NCBI GenBank assembly: GCA_038198605.1
Contig: JBBPZS010000125.1
Span: 19,362 to 83,361, forward strand
Direction: 5' to 3'
Source: Chthoniobacterales bacterium
GTDB lineage: Bacteria; Verrucomicrobiota; Verrucomicrobiia; Chthoniobacterales; UBA10450
Length of the DNA: 64,000 bases
Positions 41,471 through 50,378 of the stretch are shown one piece after another. Every line of letters begins with the position of its first letter. The stretch's first letter is position 1. The notes beneath the pieces are model-generated. The model saw only the letters and a program-made list of their open reading frames with translations, had not been told where the DNA came from and ran no database searches. A program made the translations under genes and the position numbers.

Positions 41471-43175
41471 TCTCGCGGTGGACGGTCTGGAGCCGGCCGG
41501 AACCGTCGACGTGGCAGACGGCGGGGAGTTGGGCACGTTTCTCCTCCTTAATCTGGAAGACTTCCATCATGTAGGGGACATCGTCCTCCTGCTCGAACCA
41601 GTCACTGACCGCTTCTCGCAGGATCGAGGGAGCGAAAGGCCGGAAAGACTCGCGGCGCTTGATCTTGGCGTTGAGGATGTCCTTCATATCGGCTCGGCGC
41701 GGATCCCCGAGGATGGACCGGTTGCCCAGAGCGCGTGGGCCCCATTCCATCCGGCCTTGAAACCAGCCCACCACTTTGCCGTCGGCAATCGCGTGCGCGG
41801 TGCGGTGGCAAAGGGTGTGCATGTCGGAGATGTCGGCCAGCTCGCAATTGTCTTCCTTTAACTCATTCCGCCGCGGGTTAAGGACTCTCCAGCAGTCGTC
41901 CTTGGAGAATTGCGGACCGAGATAGGGCGAGAAACAGCCGGCACTGACGGACCCGGCCAGGGTAAGTGCCGGTTTTCCAAGACTGAAACGCGGAGCGCCG
42001 ATGGCCGTCGGTCGGGAGCTGGGAGATGGGAGATCGGAGTTGGAAGTTGGGAGATGCACGTCGCGACTGCGCACGCTGTCGGAAGGGCCCGTGATCGTGC
42101 CGGAAAGTTTGGCCGCCACCATCGCCGCGGCTCCGATAGCACCGCCCGCGTCGCCCGCCGCCGCAGGCAGATACATTTTCTTGAAAGGGGTCTGCAGATA
42201 CACCTTCCCGTTGGCCACTGAGTTCATGGCGCAGCCGCCAGAGAGCGCGAGGTTGGGCGACGGGTGGCGGTCATGGAGGCCGTGCAGGAGAGCGAAAAAC
42301 GCTTCCTCATACATGGCTTGGGCAGAACGGGCCATGTCCTTATGCTTTTGTTCGAGCGGCTCGCCATTTGCGCGGGGAGCACCGAGCAGGGAGCTAAGAG
42401 CAGAGGTGTAAAGCGTGCCGACTTCGGGCGAACAATCGTTCCAACTGTAGGAGACGTTGTCGGTGTGATGCCGGAAGTAGGCCAGATTGAGGCGAAAGGT
42501 GCCGTCGGATTGGATGCGGACGAGCTCGCGCATCTGCTCGAGGTATCTCGGCTCGCCGTAAGGCGCGAGGCCCATAACCTTGTATTCATCACCGTAATGC
42601 GGGAAGCCGATGAACTGGGTGATGGCGGAGTAGAAAATCCCCAGCGAGTGAGGGAAGTAAACGCGCTGGTCGATCTCGATCCGTCCTCCGCTCCCCCACC
42701 CCAGCGCGGTGCTGGCGAAATCGCCAAAGCCGTCGACCGAAAGGCAGGCGGCTTCGTCAAACCCGGAGATAAGGACGGCCGAAGCGAGGTGCGCAAGATG
42801 ATGCTCGACGTGATGGACCTGCGCTTTGAGCTGGATCCCATACGCCTTCTCGAGTGCTTCCGCCGCGGATGAGGCGCTCCGCATGTTCTGGATCTTCTGC
42901 CACATCAGACGCGGGTCGGGCAGATGAGTCACGACGAAGCCGAGCCGGCGCCAGTTGTTCGCGCCGGGTTTGCGATTGATCGCGATGTGATCGACGTCGC
43001 TCAACGACGCGCCAACTTCGGAGAGGCAGTAGTCGATCGCCTGTGTGGGCAGGCCCGCCCAGTGCTTGATCCGCCGGAAGCGCTCCTCTTCGGCCGCGGC
43101 GACGAGGCAGCCATCCTTCATGACACACGCTGCGGAGTCGGCGTGGTAGGCGTTAAGGCCGAGAATCAGGAACAT
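41337..43175 (-). pseudogene. NodU/CmcH-family carbamoyltransferase, 3'-truncated, with an internal repeat-derived insert
   Basis: N-terminus MFLILGLNAYHADSAA ... CHVDGSGRLQTVHREINPLYH, after which homology stops near 41454. The expected NTSFN C-terminal segment is missing, and the ORF reads on into island DNA. Confidence 0.7.
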
Positions 43176-43237
43176 TGGGGAAGGTGGGAAGTGGGAAAGT
43201 GGGAAGGTGAGAAGCCGGAGATCAGAGGTCTGAGATC

Positions 43238-43267
43238 GGAGCACGGAGCGGGGAGCAGGGAGCGCGG
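43238..43267. repeat. G-rich heptamer repeat (GGGGAGC/AGGGAGC), left bracket of the four-helix-bundle pseudogene
   Basis: ggagcacggagcggggagcagggagcgcgg. The complementary C-rich array is at 43959-43994. Confidence 0.7.
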
Positions 43268-43483
43268 AACTGGAGCGCTGGCTAGGGACGGAGGTGGCGC
43301 ATGAAGGCGAGGGTCATGCGGCTCTGCTCTTGGAGTTGGCTTATCAACCCCGCTGTGTCGCAGGCTTGAAAGGCCGCATTTCGCGTGAGCAGAATCAGCA
43401 TGTTGGCAACTTCAAAGACTGAGCGACGGGAGATGTTGAGGAAATTACGAAATTCCACGTCCGAGACGCTTCCAGATCCTTCT

Positions 43484-43738
43484 TTAGCCTGTGAAGTACC
43501 CCCTGCATCGCGTTTTGATATAGCGCTTGCCATAAGTCGTCTTGAGGTATTTCTCCCGGCGGAAAGCGTCCTGCTCGTTTGTGCAAGCTTCGTAATAAAT
43601 GAGGCAGAGTGGCCGTCTTTTAGATGTCGAAACAACTTTTCCTCTGTGGTGCAAATCCGGTCGCTTTCGTAGATCGCGCGTGCATCCGGTATAGAGCAAA
43701 CCGTCCGGTCCGGATCGAAGGACATAAACGTAGATCAC
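43484..43738 (-). CDS. GIY-YIG nuclease family protein (84 aa)
   Basis: IYVYVLRS..G.LYTGCTRDLRKR...H motif; GTG start. Confidence 0.85.
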   Translation of the reverse strand: MIYVYVLRSGPDGLLYTGCTRDLRKRPDLHHRGKVVSTSKRRPLCLIYYEACTNEQDAFRREKYLKTTYGKRYIKTRCRGYFTG

Positions 43739-43754
43739 GCTCCTACTTCACAGG
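43488..43754 (-). mobile_element. 267-bp mini-element with 11-12 bp terminal inverted repeats, encoding only a GIY-YIG nuclease
   Basis: cctgtgaagta at 43488-43498 and tacttcacagg at 43744-43754 are perfect inverted repeats. The length is a multiple of 3, and it is inserted within the conserved NI.EG region of the host gene. Confidence 0.65.
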
Positions 43755-43958
43755 CCAAGATGTTGTTCATGACCGAGATCGCAGCCCGCTGCAGCTGATC
43801 GCGAAATGAGTAGTCTTTCGCTCCAGGTGTAGCAGGACGGAAGCAGCGATAGCACGACTTCACCTGCGCTCGTGCGTCCTGCCAGATCACCAAATCTCGA
43901 AGTCTTGGAATCTAAATCGTTTCTCTTCCATTCTGCCGCCTTCCGTTGGTTTGTCTGA

Positions 43959-43994
43959 CTCCCCGCTCCCCGCTCCCTGCTCCCTGCTCCCTGC
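43959..43994. repeat. C-rich heptamer repeat, right bracket of the four-helix-bundle pseudogene
   Basis: ctccccgctccccgctccctgctccctgctccctgc has complementary polarity to 43238-43267. Confidence 0.7.
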
Positions 43995-44252
43995 TTTACG
44001 CTACCACCGCTGTGCGAAGGCATGCTGCCGCCCTTGATGCAGCCTCGAATTTCGTCGCGGCAGTATCGGTCGGTGAATGGAATGTCGTCGTTCTGCGGGC
44101 GAATCTGTCTCGAGGGGTTACATGCGAACGAGGGCATCGAGAATTAGCGAAGCGGAAATTCCCGTCAACGATATTCTCCCGGGCAGGTAAAAAGTCGCGC
44201 CCCCACCCTCCGGCGTTGACGATGGATCGCAGAATGCTGGATGTTGAAGTCG

Positions 44253-44762
44253 ATGGAATGGTATTGCCTTCACACGGAACCCAGGCAGGAAGCGAAGGTG
44301 GCGCATCTGCTGCGCCGCGACTTGGGACTTGAGGTTTTTGCCCCTCGCATCCGCTTCCGACGGCTGCGAGCGGGACGTCCGCTCTGGACAACAGAGGCGC
44401 TTTTCCCGAGTTATCTTTTTGCCCGCTTCGACTATTTTGAGCGCAGGCGCCAGGTGAACGCTCTCCGCGGCGTCAGCCGAATCGTTCGTTTCGGCGACCG
44501 GCCGGCACCGGTGGAGGGGGCGGTCATGAGGGAGTTGCGTGCCTTGGTGCACGATCATGAAACGGTGGAAGTGCAGGTGGAACCGCAACCCGGCTCCGAG
44601 GTTGTTATCGCCGGGGGTTCGCTGGGAGGCCTCCGGGTGCTGGTGACGCGGCTAATTCCCGCGCGACAACGCGTCGCTATTTTGCTCGAGATGCTCGGGA
44701 GCGCCCGGGAGGTGGAGATCGAGCGAGCCCGCGTCTTCCCGGTGAATCCGCGGCGGCCGTAG
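44253..44762 (+). CDS. NusG-paralog transcription antiterminator (UpxY/RfaH-like)
   Basis: MEWYCLHTEPRQE...FPSYLFARF is an NGN-domain pattern with a C-terminal KOW-like region. It precedes a polysaccharide/exosortase locus. Confidence 0.75.
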   Translation: MEWYCLHTEPRQEAKVAHLLRRDLGLEVFAPRIRFRRLRAGRPLWTTEALFPSYLFARFDYFERRRQVNALRGVSRIVRFGDRPAPVEGAVMRELRALVHDHETVEVQVEPQPGSEVVIAGGSLGGLRVLVTRLIPARQRVAILLEMLGSAREVEIERARVFPVNPRRP

Positions 44763-44885
44763 CGACCAGACCTCATCCTTCCGCGATCAGGCCTGATCTT
44801 GTTGCCATCGGGCCTGTCCACTCTTGCGGCCGACACGGCCGCCGCTACAGCATTTGGCTTCGCCTATGGAGGAACCATTCAGCTG

Positions 44886-45830
44886 TCAGCTTTCCATTGA
44901 CGGCAGTTTGTCCCCCCATTGGAAGATCAGCCACGGCAGCCGGCGCGCGCTCCAGAAGCGCGGGATGAAGACGCGCGGCTGGGCGAGCGAACGGAAAAAC
45001 CAGCCGAGATAATATTTGTCGGCCCAATCCGGGATTCGCACCTGATCGCCGGTAAGGAATCCGATGGCGGCGCCGATGCAATGCACCGCAGGACGATAAT
45101 CGAGCTGCTCGAGGAGATACTGGCCGAGCTTGTCCTGGATTCCGCCGCCGACCGCGATGACGATGTGCTTCGGGTGAGTCTGCCTAACGAGTTCAAGCAA
45201 GGCCTCGTCCTTGACCGGCCGGCCGTATTTCGGGGCAACGTACAAACCGGAGGCCAGAGGCCGGAGGTCGGTGGTCAGCGGTGCACCCGAAGCAGTATTC
45301 CCATCATGCCTGTCCTCTATCCTCTGTTCTCTGTTCTCTGTTCTCTGCTTTCCGATCTCTGTCCTCTGTCCTCTGTCCTCTGGTCGCCCCTGTTTCAGTC
45401 CCAAATCCTCATCGGTAGGGCGAGACTCCGTCGAGCCAAGCCCTCGATCCACGGACGCGACGGCGCGCGTCCCTCCAGCGAGGAATCCTTCCAGCTTCTC
45501 GCGGGAGGTTTCGGTCGCGACAACCCAGATTACCGCGCCGGGTTGCCGGACGGATTCGTGCTCGAGCAGGCGTTTGACGTGTTCGAGCCCGGAAATGCGC
45601 GGGACGCGTTCACCGGTAAAGAATTTCCAGAGCAGGACCATGAAACCGCTGTCGGCGATCGCGATCTCAGCGCTGATCAGCGCGCGCCGGTAATCTTCGT
45701 CCCGGCAAAGATTGATCATGGAAGGCGCGGCCGGCGCGACGAGCAATCCGCCGCGGCGGGTGATCTCGTCGACCGCCTCGCGTGATGTCCCGCCGAAGAA
45801 TTCAATGCCGAGGATACGATGCGTTCGCAT
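44886..45830 (-). CDS. WecB/TagA/CpsF-family glycosyltransferase with a ~77-aa in-frame repeat-encoded insert
   Basis: Family blocks LGIEFFGG...ADSGFMVLL...IAVGGGIQDKLG...IGAAIGFLTGDQVRIPDW. The insert is at 45246-45476. Confidence 0.75.
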   Translation of the reverse strand: MRTHRILGIEFFGGTSREAVDEITRRGGLLVAPAAPSMINLCRDEDYRRALISAEIAIADSGFMVLLWKFFTGERVPRISGLEHVKRLLEHESVRQPGAVIWVVATETSREKLEGFLAGGTRAVASVDRGLGSTESRPTDEDLGLKQGRPEDRGQRTEIGKQRTENREQRIEDRHDGNTASGAPLTTDLRPLASGLYVAPKYGRPVKDEALLELVRQTHPKHIVIAVGGGIQDKLGQYLLEQLDYRPAVHCIGAAIGFLTGDQVRIPDWADKYYLGWFFRSLAQPRVFIPRFWSARRLPWLIFQWGDKLPSMES

Positions 45831-46688
45831 ACGTGGTTAATGGTTATCGGTTATTTGTTGTCCGGGAAGAACGGAAAGCAAGAAGCGGGCGGAGCGGAGC
45901 GCCCCCCAAGGAGCGGCGGTTTACAACCGCAGAAGGCGCTTACAAAGCGCCTTTCCTTGCCATCCTCCCCTCCGTCAATCCAACCAGACGACATCCGCCT
46001 ATGGCGGACCGTCCCTCTAATTGAGGCGGCAGGCGGAGCGCCCGCCCTACAATTTTTCCTTCGCCGCTTCGCGCGAGGCGCGCAGCTGCAATCTTGTTCC
46101 ATCCGTGTCATCGGTGTAATCCGTGGTTCAGCCGTTCAGCTTTTCCCTCGCCGACGCTCTGTAGCCGCGGCTCTGCGTAACCGTGCGGGCAGTGCCTCAA
46201 CACAGTGAGGCGGCTACAGAAAGCGGACACAGAGTCCCTCCAGGCAAGGCTACAAATTTTCCATTCTTCCATCCGTGTATTCCGTGGTTCATCAGCGTTT
46301 GATTGACTCGACTTGGCCCCAAGTCTCGGGGCTTCACCCGCGCTTCGCTTGTCCATGTCGCGCGGTTCCCACCGGCTCCGTCGTTTTCCGGGGAGCACGG
46401 GCTGCCAGCCCGTCGGTTCGGCGAGTCTCGCCGCACAGCTTCCTCTTTTTGCCGGGCGAGGAGCTGGGCGGCCCGCTTTTGAAAGTTCGTGCTGGGTGAC
46501 ACCCAGCACCCACGGGGTGGCACCCCGTGCTCCCCAATCCGTGGTCCATGTCGCTCCCGTCAGCGTTTCCCTGATCCCTATCCATCCGTGTCATCCGTGG
46601 TTAAATTTTCAGCGTGTCAGCTTTCGCCCAGTAACCAATAACCAATAACGATTAACAAATAACCTTACTCCTGCTATTCTCCGCCGCC
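45831..46688. repeat. REP/low-complexity repeat mosaic with no credible ORF
   Basis: Contains copies of several families seen elsewhere in the window: GGCAGGCGGAGCGCCCGCCCTACAA, CCATCCGTGT.ATCCGTGGTT, GCCTCAACACAGTGAGGCGGCTAC, GACGACATCCGCC..GGCGGACCGTCCC, and GGTTATCGGTTAT units at both ends. Confidence 0.75.
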
Positions 46689-48503
46689 TTGAATGCCGCT
46701 GTCGCTGAACCGCCGCCTCCCGTCGTACGGCGTCGCTCCATTACTCCAGCGGTGGTTTTGCTCTTCGCCACGCTCGGCCTGCTCTGGTTTATCCTCTGCC
46801 GCGATCTCAGCCTGGAGTGGTCCTCGAACGAGCAATACAGCTACGGCTGGTTCGTCCCGTTCTTCGCCCTCTTTCTCTTTTGGCTGCGCTTCGAAGATGC
46901 GGGGCATCTTCGAAGCGGTTATCGGTTATCGGTTAATGGTTCCTTGGACTCCGCCGGGACGGCTCCCGCCATAACCAACAACCAGCAACTAATAACCATC
47001 GGCGCGATTATCGGCCTCGCGATGATCGCGCCGATCCGCCTCTTCGAATACGCCAACCCGGACTGGCGGCCGCTGAGCTGGGGGCACGTCCTCGCGGTCG
47101 TGGGTTTAACGTTATTGGTTATTGGTTATTGGGGCGGCCGAAAGGCAGTGCGGCATTTCGCCTTCCCCGTCTGCTTCATTCTCGTTGCCGTCCCATGGCT
47201 GACCCCGATCGAAGCGCCGCTCGTGCAATGGCTGATGCGCCTGGTTGCGTCCGTCGCCACGGAGACGCTGACCCTTTTCGGCATTCCCGCACAACTCGAA
47301 GGCAGCCTCATCCGGGTGAACAACGGCGTCGTCGGCGTGAGCGAAGCGTGCAGTGGTGTGCGCTCGCTCCAGACTTCGCTCATGATCGGGCTGCTCTTTG
47401 GCGAACTGAAACGCCTAACGATCGCGCGAAGGGTCGCACTCGTTGCCGCGGCGCTCACGATCGCGCTCTTCGCAAATTTCGGACGAGCTCTTTTCCTGGT
47501 CTGGATCGCCGCGACCCAAAATCTGGCCGCGGTCGAGCGCTGGCACGACATCGCGGGCTACGCGATTGTCGGCGCCGTCTTCGTCGGCACGGTGGCCCTC
47601 GCGAGCTGGCTCGCGGGGCAAGTCAGAAGTCAGAATGAAGAAGGAAGAAGCGACCAAGGGAAAGGCAAATGTCAGAAGGAAGAATTAAGAAGTTCAGCAG
47701 AGCTGACCACTGACCTCCGATCTCTAAGTCCTACCATCGCTACCAGCGGGCGACACGCCCGCCTCTACATTTTCCGGCTTCCTCCTTCTTCCTTCTTACT
47801 TCTCACTTTCAGCTGGCTTCTTTTCGTCGAAGCCGGCGTCACCACCTGGTATCGGTGGCATGAACGTAACTTCGTTCCGACAACCGCCTGGAGCGTGCGC
47901 TGGCCGGAAGATGCGCCGGGTTTTCGCGAGCTTCCGATCGCCGACAATGTTCGCACCACCCTGCGCTACGATTCCGGACGGGAAGGTGCCTGGCAGACCA
48001 TCCTCGCGACCCCGCCCGACCAGCAGCCGGCGCCGGCCACCGTAACGATGTTTTTCTTCCGCTGGGAACCAGGGTCCACAAGCATCCTGCGGGCACGAGC
48101 GCACCGGCCTGATATCTGCCTGCCGAACACCGGGTGGCGCGTGGCAAATGATGAAGGCGTGCGGTGGTATGAGGCGGCACCCGGTCTCGCCCTGCCCTTT
48201 CGCCATTTCAGCTTCGTCCGCGAGGCAACGCCCGGACGACAGGTGTTCGCGCACGCGTTTTTCTGCCAGCGGGAAGATCGCGTGCCACCGCGCGCGGCCG
48301 ATCGGTTCGATGTCACGGCCGGGGAGACCAGCGACTGGATGCGTAACGATCGCGTGCGGGTGGTGCGGGAAGGTCTGCGGAACCAGGGGCAACAGGTCAT
48401 GCAGTTAGTTCTCCTCTCCAAGCAGGAGCTCAGCGCAGAAGAAGCCCAAACCGAATTCGCCGCCCTCGTGCCGGGGCTGGTCATGTCAGAAGGCAAAAGG
48501 TAA
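46689..48503 (+). CDS. exosortase fused to an EpsI-family domain, with two repeat-encoded in-frame inserts
   Basis: Multi-TM N-terminal half with EACSGVRS (exosortase Cys motif), and a soluble C-terminal half resembling EpsI. Inserts at 46917-46999 and 47622-47805. The last 5 codons lie in repeat 48485-48522. Confidence 0.75.
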   Translation: MNAAVAEPPPPVVRRRSITPAVVLLFATLGLLWFILCRDLSLEWSSNEQYSYGWFVPFFALFLFWLRFEDAGHLRSGYRLSVNGSLDSAGTAPAITNNQQLITIGAIIGLAMIAPIRLFEYANPDWRPLSWGHVLAVVGLTLLVIGYWGGRKAVRHFAFPVCFILVAVPWLTPIEAPLVQWLMRLVASVATETLTLFGIPAQLEGSLIRVNNGVVGVSEACSGVRSLQTSLMIGLLFGELKRLTIARRVALVAAALTIALFANFGRALFLVWIAATQNLAAVERWHDIAGYAIVGAVFVGTVALASWLAGQVRSQNEEGRSDQGKGKCQKEELRSSAELTTDLRSLSPTIATSGRHARLYIFRLPPSSFLLLTFSWLLFVEAGVTTWYRWHERNFVPTTAWSVRWPEDAPGFRELPIADNVRTTLRYDSGREGAWQTILATPPDQQPAPATVTMFFFRWEPGSTSILRARAHRPDICLPNTGWRVANDEGVRWYEAAPGLALPFRHFSFVREATPGRQVFAHAFFCQREDRVPPRAADRFDVTAGETSDWMRNDRVRVVREGLRNQGQQVMQLVLLSKQELSAEEAQTEFAALVPGLVMSEGKR

Positions 48504-48522
48504 AAGGTAAAAGGAAGAAGTG
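48485..48522. repeat. left inverted repeat (GTCAGAAG / AAAAGG / GAAGAAG units) of the four-helix-bundle cassette
   Basis: gtcagaaggcaaaaggtaaaaggtaaaaggaagaagtg. Its termini match the reverse complement of 48913-48943. Confidence 0.75.
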
Positions 48523-48873
48523 GCGGACGAACTAGATCTGCGGGAACGCACAACCGAGTTTGCCCTCCGAATTATTCGAATGTTCGTGACGCTGCCCAAG
48601 GCGACGGAAGCGCAGGTTCTCGGAAAACAGGTGCTGCGTTCCGGAACATCCATCGGCGCAAACTATCGTGAGGCTCACCGGGGTCGCAGCAAAAATGAAT
48701 TCATCGCCAAGTGCGGAGATTGTCTGCGGGAAGCTGAAGAAACTGCATATTGGCTGGAGCTGCTTGTCACTTCGGAGATCGCTCCAGCGGCTCGGCTCGC
48801 GCCGTTGCGACGCGAAACTGAGGAATTAATTGCCATCTTCGTCACCATCGTGAAACGCTCCAAAGGCCTTTAG
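48520..48873 (+). CDS. four-helix-bundle protein, 23S rRNA intervening-sequence protein family
   Basis: 117 aa with FALRIIRM...LRSGTSIGANYREA...E..YWLELL, typical of the family. GTG start inside the left repeat. Confidence 0.85.
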   Translation: MADELDLRERTTEFALRIIRMFVTLPKATEAQVLGKQVLRSGTSIGANYREAHRGRSKNEFIAKCGDCLREAEETAYWLELLVTSEIAPAARLAPLRRETEELIAIFVTIVKRSKGL

Positions 48874-48912
48874 TCTTAGGCTTCACTTCTTCCTTTCCTG
48901 ATTCTGGTTTTT

Positions 48913-48943
48913 CACTTCTTCCTTCTTCCTTTTGACTTCTGAC
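48913..48943. repeat. right inverted repeat of the four-helix-bundle cassette
   Basis: The reverse complement is gtcagaagtcaaaaggaagaaggaagaagtg. An extra partial copy is at 48881-48900. Confidence 0.75.
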
Positions 48944-50378
48944 TTGCATTTGATCGATCCCGAGCTGGTCCAGCGTCAGCACCGGCGACGGTTGCTGCTT
49001 GGAATCGGCGGCGTTCTCGTCGTTCTCATCGTTCTCGTCCTCGTCTTCGGCCGGCCGGCGCGCCACGCGATCAAGGCCTGGCAAGCGCGACGTCATGCAG
49101 AAAAGGCATTCACCCTCATCGCCGCGGAAGAATGGAACGACGCGACCAAAGAGGCACGGAGCGCCTACCAACTCAGCACGACCGAGCCGGAGGCGGTCCG
49201 GGCCGTGGCCCGCCTGCTCTCGCGCACCCGGCAGCCACAGGCGCTCGGCTTCTGGAAAGCGCTGTGCGATGAACAGCCGCTCACGCGGGAGGACCTGCGC
49301 GACGAGGCTGCCATCGCACTCGCGGTCGGGGAAAATGGAATCGCCGGGCGTGCGGTGGAGGAGTTGTTAGGCAAAACCGAAGGCGGACCCGGCCCAGCCG
49401 ATCGGCTCCTCGCCGCCCAGCTCGCCGCGCAAAGTCGCGAGTCGGAAAAAGTGTCCGATTACCTCGCCAAGGTCGTCTCGGATCCCAAGGCGACGGAACG
49501 CCAGGTTTTCCAGGCTTCGTTGTTTCAACTCGCCGCCACCAGCGGCACCGCTCCCGGCGCCCGGGAAACGCAGGCCGCGGCCTGGAATCGTGTGACCAAG
49601 ATCGCGCGCGGAAAAACCGACGTCGCGCTCGACGCCCTGACGATTCTCGCGCAGCACGCCCTCTCCTCGCCTAACGAGATCGTTTCCGATCCCGCGATCA
49701 TGCCGGATACGGAGTTGATCCAGGCTCTCGAAGCGCACCCGCTCAGCCGCGCCGCGCAGAAACTGCTCGCGATAGACCTGCGCATTCATCTCGACCCGGA
49801 TCAAAAAGAAAATCTTATCGCGCAAGCGACCCAGACCTGGCGCAAAGCGGATAACGAATCGCTAGCCATTTTTGCGCGCTGGTTAAACGGCAAAGGCGAA
49901 TTTCAGCGCGAACTCGACACCATCCCGCTCGATAAGGCTCTGCAAACCCGCGACCTCTTTTTGCAGCGACTCGACGCGCTCGGCGCGCTCGGGAATTGGG
50001 CCGAAATCAAACGCCTGCTCCAAAATGAAACCTTCCCGCTCGATCCGGTCATCGAGCACATGTATCTGGCGCGCTGCAATCAGCAGCTCGGCGAAGTCGT
50101 CGCGGCTGAAAACAACTGGCAGCGGGCCCTGGAAGCTGCTGCCGGCGATCCGCAAAAACTTCTACCGCTGGCCGATTACCGAAAAAAACGGCGCGACGAC
50201 GACCGCCGGCGCTGCCTACGACACCGTCGCCCACGACAATCCGGCGGTGCGTCCAGCGCAGCAAGGCCGGCTCCGGTTGGCCCAGCAGAAACGCGACACC
50301 CGCCAGATGCATCGCATCCTGGCCGAAATGCTGAAGCAATGGCCTAACGACACCGCGATCCAGAACGATGTTCACCGC
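48932..50378 (+). pseudogene. membrane-anchored TPR-like repeat protein, frameshifted near 50178-50188 and 3'-truncated
   Basis: TM helix LLLGIGGVLVVLIVLVLVF followed by helical repeats. The reading frame continues in ORF 50025-50513 after ...LLPLADY. Homology style changes after ...WPNDTAIQND. Confidence 0.5.

Larger units (their letters stand above)
43282..43931 (-). pseudogene. four-helix-bundle (23S rRNA IVS protein family) gene disrupted by an 8-bp duplication and a 267-bp insertion
   Basis: Removing 43488-43754 and one copy of the 8-mer at 43881-43896 restores an intact 124-codon ORF (MEEKRFRFQDFEIWQDA...RRAAISVMNNI...FRNFLNISRRSVFEV...). Confidence 0.8.
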
